DNA of 50,602 bases. It comes from a virus (lineage: Duplodnaviria; Caudoviricetes). The position numbers were made by a program, and so were the translations under genes. Within the stretch, counting starts at the first letter, position 1. Each line of letters starts with the position of its first letter. Below, one piece after another: positions 37,401 to 45,943 of the stretch. The stretch covers positions 1 through 50,602 of IMG/VR virus record IMGVR_UViG_3300027747_000206. One strand, given 5' to 3'. A model generated the notes under the pieces. The model made no database searches, was not told where the DNA came from, and worked only from the letters and a program-made list of their open reading frames with translations.

Positions 37401-38661
37401 TCTGTAAACTATTAAAATCTGATATTGACCCAGTATATTTTGCGTTTGTACTTTTATCTATTGCATCTTGTTCAGCTTGTGTGTCTTTAAAATCTTGAAC
37501 TGTTGCTTTGGCTGATGCTACTGCTATATTAATAGCAAGTTGTGATGGTTTTTGTCCAGTTAAAACGCCTGCAATAGCATTGTTAACCATTGCTTGTTGA
37601 GCTTTGGTTAAATCGTTATATCCTTCAACTTGACTAGCAACAGCAGGAATTGCAGAGCTAATACCTCCACTTACCAAAGCCTTTAATGGATCAGCCTTGC
37701 CACCACTACCTATTTCAGAAGAAGTTAAACTTTGTACAGCACCACCAAGAATATTGCTTCCTGTTGCTCCAGAAACAAAGTCACCTGCCATGGGAGCTAA
37801 TGTTTGAGCCGCACTCCCAAGTACAAATGCTTTTCCAATATCCAGAACATTCCCACCATTGATCGCAGTGCTACCTGCACTGATGTATGGAATTAACTCA
37901 GGATTACCAGTGACCGTTGCAAAAATAGCAGGTAATGGGCCTAAGTCTTTTAAAACACCTTTTGCCCATGATCCAGAGTTTCCTGGACTATAAACAACTT
38001 GTGTTGATGGATCAGAAACAGGTTGTACATTTCCAGTTTTAGGGTCAACATAAACAAATGTGTTCATGTTTCCACCAGTTGAGCTTGAAGGTATTTGATA
38101 TATGTTATTGCCAAGATTTATTACATAATCTGTTATCAAATTTCCATTTGCATCTCTCAATCCAAATTGGTTTACAAGAAAACCTTCACCATCATCAACA
38201 AGAGCATTTTTTATTGTTGCTTTACCTGTTTGAATGGTGTCATAAGTATTTTTAAAAATATCACTTGAGTCTTGCCATATTGAATCTGCTGTCGTAGGTG
38301 CTTTATTGCTTGTGTCAGAAAAAAGGTTTAGTGGAGATGGGTTAGTAGATAAATCTCCTTCTGCCACTTGTTGCAATGCACCAGAAACATTGGATTGATC
38401 TAATGCACCACTTTGCAATCCATTCAGCACTTGAGATGGGCTAGTGTAAACTGGTGAACTCAAAGGTGCAGTTGTAGTATTGGTGACCCTGTTGTATTCA
38501 TCTTGAATTGCTTTTTGATCAACACCTGTTGCATTAGCTACATCAGCTACAGATACGCCAAACTGATCCATTGCGGCGGCAATGTCAGCATTAGTCCCAC
38601 CTTGATCTTGTAGACCTTTGATGTAATCAGCTATCTGTTGTGATGAATATTGTTCTGCCAT
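34414..38661 (-). CDS. Large internal virion protein with repeat linkers
   Basis: 1415 aa; hydrophobic Gly/Ala segments; Thr/Pro repeats; C-terminal GDGTSDDIPAMLADGEFV domain. Confidence 0.7.
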   Translation of the reverse strand: MAEQYSSQQIADYIKGLQDQGGTNADIAAAMDQFGVSVADVANATGVDQKAIQDEYNRVTNTTTAPLSSPVYTSPSQVLNGLQSGALDQSNVSGALQQVAEGDLSTNPSPLNLFSDTSNKAPTTADSIWQDSSDIFKNTYDTIQTGKATIKNALVDDGEGFLVNQFGLRDANGNLITDYVINLGNNIYQIPSSSTGGNMNTFVYVDPKTGNVQPVSDPSTQVVYSPGNSGSWAKGVLKDLGPLPAIFATVTGNPELIPYISAGSTAINGGNVLDIGKAFVLGSAAQTLAPMAGDFVSGATGSNILGGAVQSLTSSEIGSGGKADPLKALVSGGISSAIPAVASQVEGYNDLTKAQQAMVNNAIAGVLTGQKPSQLAINIAVASAKATVQDFKDTQAEQDAIDKSTNAKYTGSISDFNSLQNSAINNTINQQNTFDASEASDVMSAQKMADDAGYNKFTFGGKTYTSNPTSPTENVVNDAITKDILSSQVFDATKSKTLDDASKVADNAGYHQFTWNGDTYTISPPSPTEKDVLSATTPTVTKVTPKATKPVSEWDTNAGPKAGMISEWDTNTGPKAGISSLDPRSVRYSGFDTNQAVLNASDQANKELIKNLGNTTDPLTGQAIYNINTGDTLKESDQTNPLNVIKAGFSQAGSDIAGLGVRGAQLLGSTLGFDTSGLNKVQDLLANSASTGMNKLVGQEKNVAGAIASTIESVGSAMVGGPLAAVPTMGAIVANNSWVEGAKAGLDNTQNAIRTTLMSSAEMIGEAIGVPGMSKLLKSLPATASTADMINAVKSFVGIQANEQLAEQVTTAMQFGVDKIKGIGLHQDASLEDYLKAVKDTAVQTILTVGGAHAMVGGANAIGQGGSNYVATNDQTNTPVTAPTITNVGNVSKVNGGMSANDTSQNVVNITPTVQTTNQAPTIGSLALAPSFNPDIATETHVDPETQVKTETQIDPETKVQTEVTTDPNTQVQTQTVTNPNTKVETKTVVDPKTNTKTEVVNDPKTNTKTEVVTNPDTKTETKTDTKTNIVEKTVINNQTNEQTKTITDPTTNTKTEVVTNPDTKTETKTDTKTNIVEKTVINNQTNEQTKTITDPTTNTKTEIVVDPVTNTTTTTVIDLKTGEIIDPPTVVVTPPKPPVEPPKPPVEPPKPPVEPPKPPVEPPKPPVEPPKPPSEPPKPPVKPTPTPSPTPTPTPTPTPTTTKTQPSTVSPYIPQGGPGHIPNPIVESLLKTYMTKKAFQDPLAKLEALARESQQSEKSMIDPRLASILQQRSAPQDSGYYRYGQEPQSVEDVLSLKDMTGQTYKTGGHVKPLAHLSGGALPVVNNRHDFRQGAHVAGEGDGTSDDIPAMLADGEFVFPADVVSALGNGSTKAGTDKLYEMMHSIRARARKAHPSDLPPNALKSPLDYLKGRKK
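35060..35260 (-). repeat. PPKPPVE x7 and (PT)n coding repeats
   Basis: Visible in the translation as 21-bp and 6-bp units. Confidence 0.85.
35353..35634. repeat. Near-perfect 138-bp tandem duplication
   Basis: ttcagttttagtgtttg starts at 35353 and 35491; a 46-aa unit is repeated. Confidence 0.9.
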
Positions 38662-38925
38662 TTATGTTCTCGGTTGATAAGCGTTAATTACTTGTTGTAC
38701 CCACTCATCCCAATTATCAAACTCATAAGGCGAAGGAATAGCCTCGTTGTTAAACAAGTCAATTGCTTTCATTCCTAAAGCCCATGATTGCCAATCTGTT
38801 TGGTCATCAGGTATTTCTAACTGATTACTAGCAAATGCCTCACACATCAAGGATGCCCAAGATTGGAAGTCATGATACCTAGGATCGTAAATTAGGGCTT
38901 GAACATTTAAAGCATTAGTAGCCAT
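38662..38925 (-). CDS. Small Trp-rich tail-module protein
   Basis: Between nozzle and ejection genes; TAATG overlap. Confidence 0.65.
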   Translation of the reverse strand: MATNALNVQALIYDPRYHDFQSWASLMCEAFASNQLEIPDDQTDWQSWALGMKAIDLFNNEAIPSPYEFDNWDEWVQQVINAYQPRT

Positions 38926-41411
38926 TAATAACCTCTTACATCGCCAATATCTGCACCCACAATTACCTTACCAAGTTGGTAATTGCCACCTGAGACATTG
39001 GAGACAAATCTAAGTCTTAGCTCTCTTCGTTGTTCTTTTAAGTCTATCTTGTTCGTGTTTTGATCAAAGGTGTATGGCCCAGACACATAGTCAGTAGACT
39101 GAGCAAAAGGTCTACCTGTGATGTACAAGTCCATGGTGCCTGAAAGAATGAAGTCAGGCTCTAGCCTCTCTATCCTTAACCAATTGTTTTGGCCTATAGG
39201 TTGAGGTTGCGAAGGGCCTCCTCCCACCCATCCTAAGTCACTGGTCTCAAAGAAAGAATAAATGGCTGTAGCATTGCCACCCTTAACAGCATCTGTTCCA
39301 ATCTCATGTTGATAAAGAGAAACAAATTGCATGGTGGTGGTAATGGTCATTTGGAAGCCAGAACCTGTTGTACCTATGTACCCTGTACCTGAGCCTGTAG
39401 AGGCACTTAATACATCACCCACTGAGTAACCATAACCATGGCTAGTTATGTAGACTGTAGTTACAGCACCACCAGTGACAATCACAATAGCCTGAGCACC
39501 TGTTCCAGTGCCTCCAGTAAGGTTTACAGCAACATAAGTACCATTGGTATAGGCTGAACCACCATTGGTGATAGAAAACCCATTAACGCCTCCTGAGAGG
39601 TTTACGTTCCAATCAGCATTGATAGGATAGTGGAAGACCTGAGAGAAGTACCCTGCTGACCTTTGTGAACCCACAGCTATGCCTGCATCGTACCAACACT
39701 TCTCACGCACATTAAAGATAATGGCATCATTACACTCTGTAGAGTCACCTTTGGGATAAAACCACCATATTTCTCCATAACGAGTAACTTTGGTGGCATA
39801 AACTTTTTGCCTTTGAGCATAATTTAAATTATCAAAGAAGTAGTTCTGATTCATGGTGTTTTCAATCTCTTTGACCACACCGTTATAAAGCATAAATCGA
39901 TCTACACCACACCAATAAAAGACACCATCGTACTCAATTACAGACTGAGAAGAAAGAATTGATGACTGACTTGTAATCAAGTCATATCTCCAATAAAAAG
40001 ATACTGCAGTACCACCTACAGTCACCGTAGTAGGCGTATAAGAAACACGAATAACGCTATCCAAACTCCAGAACAGTCCTGATGGAGCATTAGATCCACC
40101 ACGAACTGGCAAACCTTGGACAATCTTACCTGTAGCTACGTTTGTAGCATTAGAAGTAGCAGAAACCCAGTCGTTAGCATTACCTGCACCAGAGTTCTGT
40201 ATCAACCCATCGTTTCCATAAATAAAGATATATGGATGAAGAGTAACTATTCCACCAGATATAGCTAAGTTATTATCAAAAGTTAATGTAGCAGAAGTAT
40301 TTAGAGTAAAAGTTAATCCAGTCGTTGTACCTGCTGTGGTTGTGACTCCAGTTCCACCATAAGAACTAGATAGAGTAAATGTTGTTGTTCCATTGGTTAC
40401 AGTTATGTAATAGGTTCCTGCAGTAATACCTGTTGAGGTACCTGTATTGGTTCCAGTCACATAGACTGACTGACCAACTTTAAGTGTAGTTGCAGTACAA
40501 GAGCACTGACCTGCTGTGCCAGTGACTGCCACGATTGCCAAAGAAGCACCTGTGGAGGCTGTAGCAGGTAAAGACAAGGTTATGGTGTTAGCAATAATGC
40601 TAACCACTGTGGTTCCTGTTTGAATGCCTGTGCCAGTGACAGTTTGGCCTGATCCAATAATGAATGAATTGGTAAATGGATAATCAATAACAGCAGTTGT
40701 ACTTCCATTGGTTGTATTCACATTTTGAGTAAATACACCCATCTTTGACATCGAGAAGTTTGTATAGGTCAGAGTCACAGTACCAGAGGCAGTAGCATTC
40801 TTGGTCAAAGTAACTGTCAACCCTAATACAGAAGCTACAAAGGTATTTGATGGAATACCTGTTCCTGTAACAGCTAAACCAACAACAACTAGTGAATTTG
40901 GTGCAGAAAGAACAACACTAGCACTACCACTAGTAGTGGTACTAAAAAGAGTAAAGTATCCATTGATTGGGCCTACTAAAGGAGATGTATCTACCGTACT
41001 GTCAATTTCTGCAAGATTTTGACCTGCATGGGCAAGAAGTAAGTTATTACCTGAGCCAGAAACATCAAAGAAAGTATCAAACTGCCAAAGATTATTATTA
41101 TTGGGAGTGAAACCATACAAAAGAAAGTCCGATATACCAGTTCCAATGCCCACATTGTTAATGGGTAAGACTTGTAAACCATTGTTGTATCCAGAAAAGA
41201 TTTGGGTAAAACCGTTTTGTGGATTGACATAAATACCTCTAGATGGCCCTGCTAAAAAAGCAGTAATCTCTTTATAACCTAGTATCTTTCTAGGTCTGCC
41301 ACGCTGAAACCTCACCCACTGACCATCAGTGTAGAAGTTTCTGTCAAAGACAGTACCATCACGCTGTACGCCTGCTACAGTGTCTAGGGCAAATACTTTT
41401 TTCATTGTCAT
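38925..41411 (-). CDS. Tail nozzle / packaged-DNA stabilisation protein with inserted beta modules
   Basis: 828 aa; WVRFQRGRPRK N-terminus, FYWCG..RF and YGEIWWFYP motifs; position after adaptor. Confidence 0.7.
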   Translation of the reverse strand: MTMKKVFALDTVAGVQRDGTVFDRNFYTDGQWVRFQRGRPRKILGYKEITAFLAGPSRGIYVNPQNGFTQIFSGYNNGLQVLPINNVGIGTGISDFLLYGFTPNNNNLWQFDTFFDVSGSGNNLLLAHAGQNLAEIDSTVDTSPLVGPINGYFTLFSTTTSGSASVVLSAPNSLVVVGLAVTGTGIPSNTFVASVLGLTVTLTKNATASGTVTLTYTNFSMSKMGVFTQNVNTTNGSTTAVIDYPFTNSFIIGSGQTVTGTGIQTGTTVVSIIANTITLSLPATASTGASLAIVAVTGTAGQCSCTATTLKVGQSVYVTGTNTGTSTGITAGTYYITVTNGTTTFTLSSSYGGTGVTTTAGTTTGLTFTLNTSATLTFDNNLAISGGIVTLHPYIFIYGNDGLIQNSGAGNANDWVSATSNATNVATGKIVQGLPVRGGSNAPSGLFWSLDSVIRVSYTPTTVTVGGTAVSFYWRYDLITSQSSILSSQSVIEYDGVFYWCGVDRFMLYNGVVKEIENTMNQNYFFDNLNYAQRQKVYATKVTRYGEIWWFYPKGDSTECNDAIIFNVREKCWYDAGIAVGSQRSAGYFSQVFHYPINADWNVNLSGGVNGFSITNGGSAYTNGTYVAVNLTGGTGTGAQAIVIVTGGAVTTVYITSHGYGYSVGDVLSASTGSGTGYIGTTGSGFQMTITTTMQFVSLYQHEIGTDAVKGGNATAIYSFFETSDLGWVGGGPSQPQPIGQNNWLRIERLEPDFILSGTMDLYITGRPFAQSTDYVSGPYTFDQNTNKIDLKEQRRELRLRFVSNVSGGNYQLGKVIVGADIGDVRGY

Positions 41412-42637
41412 TAGAATGTCCCTGCCTGTATTCCATTGGCTGTCAGCAGAAATTTATTTACCCCCTGAATAGAGATACCAAACTGCCCTGTAGCAGGTCT
41501 CCATATACCAGTGTTATTTTCATTTGCAAAGTTAATGGCAGGAGTACCAACAGTACCATCAATAATACTTAATGAAGTAGCTCCAACTTGCACTGTATTG
41601 GCATTAAAAAAGTTAGTTCCATCACAAATAACAGTTACTTGAGAGCCTGCAGGAACAGTGTAAGTATTTCCATACCCAGTGGTAATCCTAAGATTAAAAC
41701 CATTGTTTGAAGCTTGATTACTAATAACATATAAGTTCACCACAGGAGGGAACACAATAGTTACATCTGCAGTCATAGTTCCTACATACTCTTGAATCAC
41801 ACTTTGAGCTTGTGACGTTGTAAGAGTATAGGTTCCTGCAACAACAGGAAAAACCAAAGCAGTAAACACAAAGACATTGCTTGTTCCATAACCCACAGAC
41901 ATATACTGTGTTCCATCGCACACAATAAATGAGGACTCGTTAGGAGCATATGTCTTAGTTGTTAATGTATCAAAAGTGTTTGCACCACTACAAGCAATAG
42001 AAAGCGTTCCAGTTCCATTGTTTTTAAACAAACAAAACCAATTGTTTCCTAAGCTAGAAGCTAAAGGAAGAGTTACTGTGCCTGCTCCACCACTCCATAC
42101 CTTTGTTTGTGCCCTATCACTAGCCAAGAAAGTGTATCCATTGGTAATGGATTGAGCAGGATGCGTCTGATTTAAAGTAGTAGATTGAGATTGGAGGCCA
42201 TACCCTGCCAACGCTGACGCATCAGGGCTAGAAGTACCTGTCCCTAGGGTAATAGATACCCAAGTGCCTTGAGTGTCTGGATTAGCTGTTAGGTAGACAT
42301 ACTTAGCTTGACCACTAGTAAGTGTAGTAATCGTATTTAAGCCTTGATAATCTTTGATCGTAATGGTAGAAGCACCAAGATTACGAATAAAGGCATCTGT
42401 ACCCACAGAGGTCTGATTGGCAGGGGGCATATAGAGACTGTACGCACCTGTAGGGGTGACATCCATAATCCGAGCCGCATACGGTACCGAGGCGTTAGAA
42501 CTCACAGGCCACTGTAATTGCGTGTTAGCAGTCAACGACAGCGACAAATAAGATACGTCTGTAGGTTGAATTACATCACCAGTAAAGGGTGAGGTAAAGC
42601 TACCTGCTGATCCAGTAAAGGGTGTGCTAAAAGGCAT
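41411..42637 (-). CDS. Tail protein
   Basis: VTLPLAS, CDGT repeats, DGTVGTPAINF...TGIWR. Confidence 0.65.
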   Translation of the reverse strand: MPFSTPFTGSAGSFTSPFTGDVIQPTDVSYLSLSLTANTQLQWPVSSNASVPYAARIMDVTPTGAYSLYMPPANQTSVGTDAFIRNLGASTITIKDYQGLNTITTLTSGQAKYVYLTANPDTQGTWVSITLGTGTSSPDASALAGYGLQSQSTTLNQTHPAQSITNGYTFLASDRAQTKVWSGGAGTVTLPLASSLGNNWFCLFKNNGTGTLSIACSGANTFDTLTTKTYAPNESSFIVCDGTQYMSVGYGTSNVFVFTALVFPVVAGTYTLTTSQAQSVIQEYVGTMTADVTIVFPPVVNLYVISNQASNNGFNLRITTGYGNTYTVPAGSQVTVICDGTNFFNANTVQVGATSLSIIDGTVGTPAINFANENNTGIWRPATGQFGISIQGVNKFLLTANGIQAGTF

Positions 42638-43275
42638 TATGCATCCACAGCGATTGCCTGACGATCAGCAATACGCAACTTGTCCTCGTTGGTAAGGGTC
42701 TGCATGATCAGGTCATATTGAGCTTTCCACATAGGCACTCTATCGTCATTCTTCAGATAAGGCATGGCCTGTAACAAAGAACCATAAAGTATGGCTTGTG
42801 GTGCGTAAATGGTAAACCAATTGGTTTGATTGGTTGAACTCAATGGTTGATTCCTCTGATAGTACAGAACCTCAAAAGAATAAGCAGAGTCAGGCGTAGG
42901 GGCTACAAACCAATGAGTGTAGTCATAGTCACAGTAGTAAAGAGGTGCTCCAGTGCCTGTTGTAGCATTGGGTGTGTACTCTTTAAGATACTCGTACTTT
43001 CTGAGTAAGATAGGTTGTGAGGAACCACTAACTGTGACGTTCATAGATACAGTTTTGTGCCAATCAGTTGGTTTAGCTACTATGGCTGTATTGGCTACAA
43101 AAGCACTTTCAGATACGTTTAAATTACCTAAAAACTTGATTTGGGAAGCAATTACTTGCTCTGCCAACATGATGAAAGTAGGTATGTAAGATATTGTTTG
43201 AGCGTCAGTACGCTCTAGATAGACTTGGATATTGTCTACTAAAGAGTCATATGTCATAACAACTGGTGCAGTCAT
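42637..43275 (-). CDS. Tail adaptor (tail tubular A-like)
   Basis: MTYDSL...IPTFIMLAE, APTPDSAY, LYGSLLQA.PYLKND motifs. Confidence 0.75.
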   Translation of the reverse strand: MTAPVVMTYDSLVDNIQVYLERTDAQTISYIPTFIMLAEQVIASQIKFLGNLNVSESAFVANTAIVAKPTDWHKTVSMNVTVSGSSQPILLRKYEYLKEYTPNATTGTGAPLYYCDYDYTHWFVAPTPDSAYSFEVLYYQRNQPLSSTNQTNWFTIYAPQAILYGSLLQAMPYLKNDDRVPMWKAQYDLIMQTLTNEDKLRIADRQAIAVDA

Positions 43276-43403
43276 AATAACGCTCCCTTAATTGTGATGG
43301 CAGTAGGAATAAAGTTTACTACAGCAGGGTCTGATCGTTCTAAGTATTGCAATACCAGAGCAGTCAAACTATCGTAAGTTAAAACATAGGAAGGCGTAGT
43401 CAT
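43272..43403 (-). pseudogene. Truncated divergent paralog of the adaptor N-terminus (43 aa)
   Basis: MTTPSYVLTYDSLTALVLQYLERSDPAVVNFIPT aligns with MTAPVVMTYDSLVDNIQVYLERTDAQTISYIPT. Confidence 0.7.
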
Positions 43404-43434
43404 TCATTGCCCTTTATAGCCATTGCATTCGTTG

Positions 43435-43463
43435 ATTTTATCCTCTGTTATAGAGGGAAGCAA
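43435..43463 (-). promoter_or_regulatory. Putative promoter for the tail/ejection operon
   Basis: TTGCTT-17 bp-TAAAAT; the spacer contains inverted repeat CCTCT-N5-AGAGG. Confidence 0.5.
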
Positions 43464-43502
43464 GGACAATATATTTTTTTTACGCCTAGTTTTATGCTTG
43501 AT

Positions 43503-43530
43503 TTGTCACAAAAATTGACCAAAATATAAT
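43503..43530 (+). promoter_or_regulatory. Sigma70 promoter of the acidic protein gene
   Basis: TTGTCA-16 bp-TATAAT, followed by AGGAG RBS. Confidence 0.6.
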
Positions 43531-43555
43531 TTTTAACCAATCCTAGGAGCTTTCC

Positions 43556-43807
43556 ATGCAATACGAATTAACCGTTGAAGACTTTTCCCTTGACCTCGAA
43601 ATTGAGATGAAATCATCAGATTTTGACTTACTTTCTGACATCCAGAATGCAATCGCTGAAATCGTTGAAATCTACAAAGATGAATCTTATCTAGAGATTG
43701 AAGAAGACGAAGAAGATGAGGAGGAAGAAGACGAGGAAGAAGAAGACGAGGAAGAAGAGGAAGATGTAATTGGCAGTCAAGGCACAACCATTATCATCAA
43801 TAGATAA
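43556..43807 (+). CDS. Small extremely acidic protein
   Basis: Poly-E/D tract; has its own promoter, RBS and terminator. Confidence 0.75.
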   Translation: MQYELTVEDFSLDLEIEMKSSDFDLLSDIQNAIAEIVEIYKDESYLEIEEDEEDEEEEDEEEEDEEEEEDVIGSQGTTIIINR

Positions 43808-43832
43808 AAAAGGGGCTTTATGCCCTTTTTTT
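43806..43832. terminator. Bidirectional intrinsic terminator
   Basis: A-run, GGGC/GCCC hairpin, T7 run, between convergent genes. Confidence 0.75.
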
Positions 43833-43844
43833 GTGTACACAAAT

Positions 43845-44798
43845 TTAGACTTTGATCACTTTGCCCCTGAATTCAACGTGTTTGGCATCTACTACGTTGA
43901 CTACTTCAGGCCACAACATATGCCCTCGATGGAATGTCAGCACTACAAAACCTGATCTCCAGTTTGTAGGGGAGTTTTCTAGATAATTCTCAAATTGTGG
44001 CCCAGTTGGGTCAGCAAGAGTCCCTGTATCAACCCCAAAGCGAGTTCCATTGTAATCATTGAATGGAGTTACCTTTAGGCTATGTAAGTGCCCTGTGACC
44101 ATAGAAACGCCTGCATTTACAGTGTTATTATGAGTTGCATGAATTCCACCTTTCCACCTGTGTTTTACAATAACGCTGTCAGTTATCCAAGTGCTCCAAC
44201 AAGGCTCCCATAAAGGGAAGTGATCTTTAAGGGAAAACCCTTTAACAAATTCATATTGAGGAGCATTACTAGCTAATCTGTTTTCAAATCTAGCGTCATG
44301 GTTACCTAAAGGCCATATTAACTTAACTTTGTGATTGACCTTCTTGGCCTCGTCTTCTATCTCTCCAAGGGCTATTTCACAGGCTTTAAGCTCTTGAATA
44401 ATGCTTGGGGTACTATCCCATCCAATTCTTGGAAAACGGCTTATAGAGGCTCCATCAAAGGCATCCCCATTGTTGATAACAGCCTTTAATCCTTCAACAT
44501 TTTGAATAGCCCAAATTAACCCTTTATATGCAGTTGTCTTGATGCTAGGCCAGAAATGAGCATCTGAAAATACAATAACTGTGCCATTTTCTATACCTAG
44601 GTTTACCCTTAGTGGTTTAGGTGCAATCATATCCCTTACCTCCAATGTATCCATGTTTTCTTTGTAATAAGCCTCTAACCTATTTCTTCTACTTTGTATC
44701 CCTCTGACAGAAAGACCAAGGTTTTTAGCCATAATTGTGGGATTTTTGTTAAACATCTCAAAGAGAGTTATAAATTCCATGTCGCTGTAAAACTTCAT
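43845..44798 (-). CDS. Calcineurin-like metallophosphoesterase
   Basis: DAH, GD.FD, GNHD, H and GHLH motifs; start moved to MKFYSD (ATGA overlap). Confidence 0.85.
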   Translation of the reverse strand: MKFYSDMEFITLFEMFNKNPTIMAKNLGLSVRGIQSRRNRLEAYYKENMDTLEVRDMIAPKPLRVNLGIENGTVIVFSDAHFWPSIKTTAYKGLIWAIQNVEGLKAVINNGDAFDGASISRFPRIGWDSTPSIIQELKACEIALGEIEDEAKKVNHKVKLIWPLGNHDARFENRLASNAPQYEFVKGFSLKDHFPLWEPCWSTWITDSVIVKHRWKGGIHATHNNTVNAGVSMVTGHLHSLKVTPFNDYNGTRFGVDTGTLADPTGPQFENYLENSPTNWRSGFVVLTFHRGHMLWPEVVNVVDAKHVEFRGKVIKV

Positions 44799-45214
44799 AA
44801 ATGCTTTCTCCAATAGAGAGTTAGTTTCCCACCCCAAGGTAAGGTAGGTTCAAACAGTTTATAACCACATGAAATCAATGAGTTTGCAGATGGAAAGTTG
44901 TCTGTAGTGTCTGTGATTAACCAATTCCATCCCAAGGAGCGTGCTTTACGTTCTCTTGCTTTAATAAGCTTCTTTTGTATACCTTTCCCCCTAAACGATC
45001 TAATAACTCCAGAGCGACATAAATAACCACAATCGCCCCAACGAGTACTAGGTACAAGCCCACAGAAAGCAATACAAACATCTCCATCAAAAGCCCCCCA
45101 CCAATAGCCTTTAGATACATCGTATATCTCGTCTTGGGGAAGGCATTGCTTTTGCATCTTATTTAAAAGATGTTCATGAACAATGTTATCCAAGAGCTTG
45201 ATTTTCATGAACAT
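44795..45214 (-). CDS. GNAT-family acetyltransferase
   Basis: YLCRSGV...FRGKGIQKKLI, N.PSANSL..CGY; start placed downstream of the terminator. Confidence 0.8.
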   Translation of the reverse strand: MFMKIKLLDNIVHEHLLNKMQKQCLPQDEIYDVSKGYWWGAFDGDVCIAFCGLVPSTRWGDCGYLCRSGVIRSFRGKGIQKKLIKARERKARSLGWNWLITDTTDNFPSANSLISCGYKLFEPTLPWGGKLTLYWRKHL

Positions 45215-45244
45215 ATTGTCGTAAAAGTATGTGACACATTTACG

Positions 45245-45272
45245 AAAAAAAAGGGAGTATTTAACTCCCTTT
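45245..45272 (-). terminator. Intrinsic terminator after endolysin
   Basis: AAAGGGAGT-loop-ACTCCC followed by T8. Confidence 0.8.
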
Positions 45273-45275
45273 GTA

Positions 45276-45707
45276 TTAACTATAAACTCTTGTGCCTTGT
45301 TTATCAATTATCAATGCTTGTCTTCTAGGTTTCCCATTTGGTTCATTTGGAATGCTTATATGCGTCCATCTATCAAATTCTCTGATGATTTGATCAAATG
45401 GTATGTCTGATGCAATTATGGCTTTAACTACATCATTTGGTGTCAAAGTAGGCACACGAAAATCGCAAGCGCAACCCACACGATGCTGAGAACGATCAGA
45501 GCTTCCCACCGAGTCATTAACTTGTTTTGACCTAAACGCTGAGTTAACCATAATTGGCTTGTTGCCAAGTAATCCTTTGACTTGCTCAAGAAGCTCTGCC
45601 AGACGTTTAAGATTGTTTTTTTCAAGGTCATTAGGTTCATTATTAAACTCCCTGTGGTCAGTTACTGTTAATTCTTCAAGAGAAAAATGGGGTGTAAGTT
45701 GTGTCAT
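45276..45707 (-). CDS. Endolysin, peptidase M15 family
   Basis: HFSLEEL, SAFRS..VN..VG.S..SQH..G.ACD, WTHIS. Confidence 0.9.
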   Translation of the reverse strand: MTQLTPHFSLEELTVTDHREFNNEPNDLEKNNLKRLAELLEQVKGLLGNKPIMVNSAFRSKQVNDSVGSSDRSQHRVGCACDFRVPTLTPNDVVKAIIASDIPFDQIIREFDRWTHISIPNEPNGKPRRQALIIDKQGTRVYS

Positions 45708-45943
45708 GGTGTAGGACTTGATTTGTGAAGCAAGTCATCTTTGGCTTGTGAACCACTAGATGAACCAAAATAATAAGATAGTACTAACATCAAAGCACCA
45801 TCTAAAGTGCCCAGTACCCTTGCAACCAATTCTCTCATGGATGCGTCAATTACATGGTTGAGTAAGAAAAATTGAACTAACACCCATGCAACCACCACCA
45901 AGACTGAGAGTATTGGGGGGATGAAGATTAAAAACTCTTTCAT
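45704..45943 (-). CDS. Putative holin
   Basis: Two hydrophobic segments; YYFGSSSGS motif; precedes endolysin. Confidence 0.65.
   Translation of the reverse strand: MKEFLIFIPPILSVLVVVAWVLVQFFLLNHVIDASMRELVARVLGTLDGALMLVLSYYFGSSSGSQAKDDLLHKSSPTP

Noticed and set aside
43503-45237. TGTCACA motifs upstream of the acidic and GNAT genes as Pho boxes
   Set aside because: Second half-sites are poor and spacing to the -10 elements does not fit.
45215-45307. Long N-terminus of the GNAT ORF in the track
   Set aside because: It spans the endolysin end and its terminator; the real start is probably 45214 or 45208.
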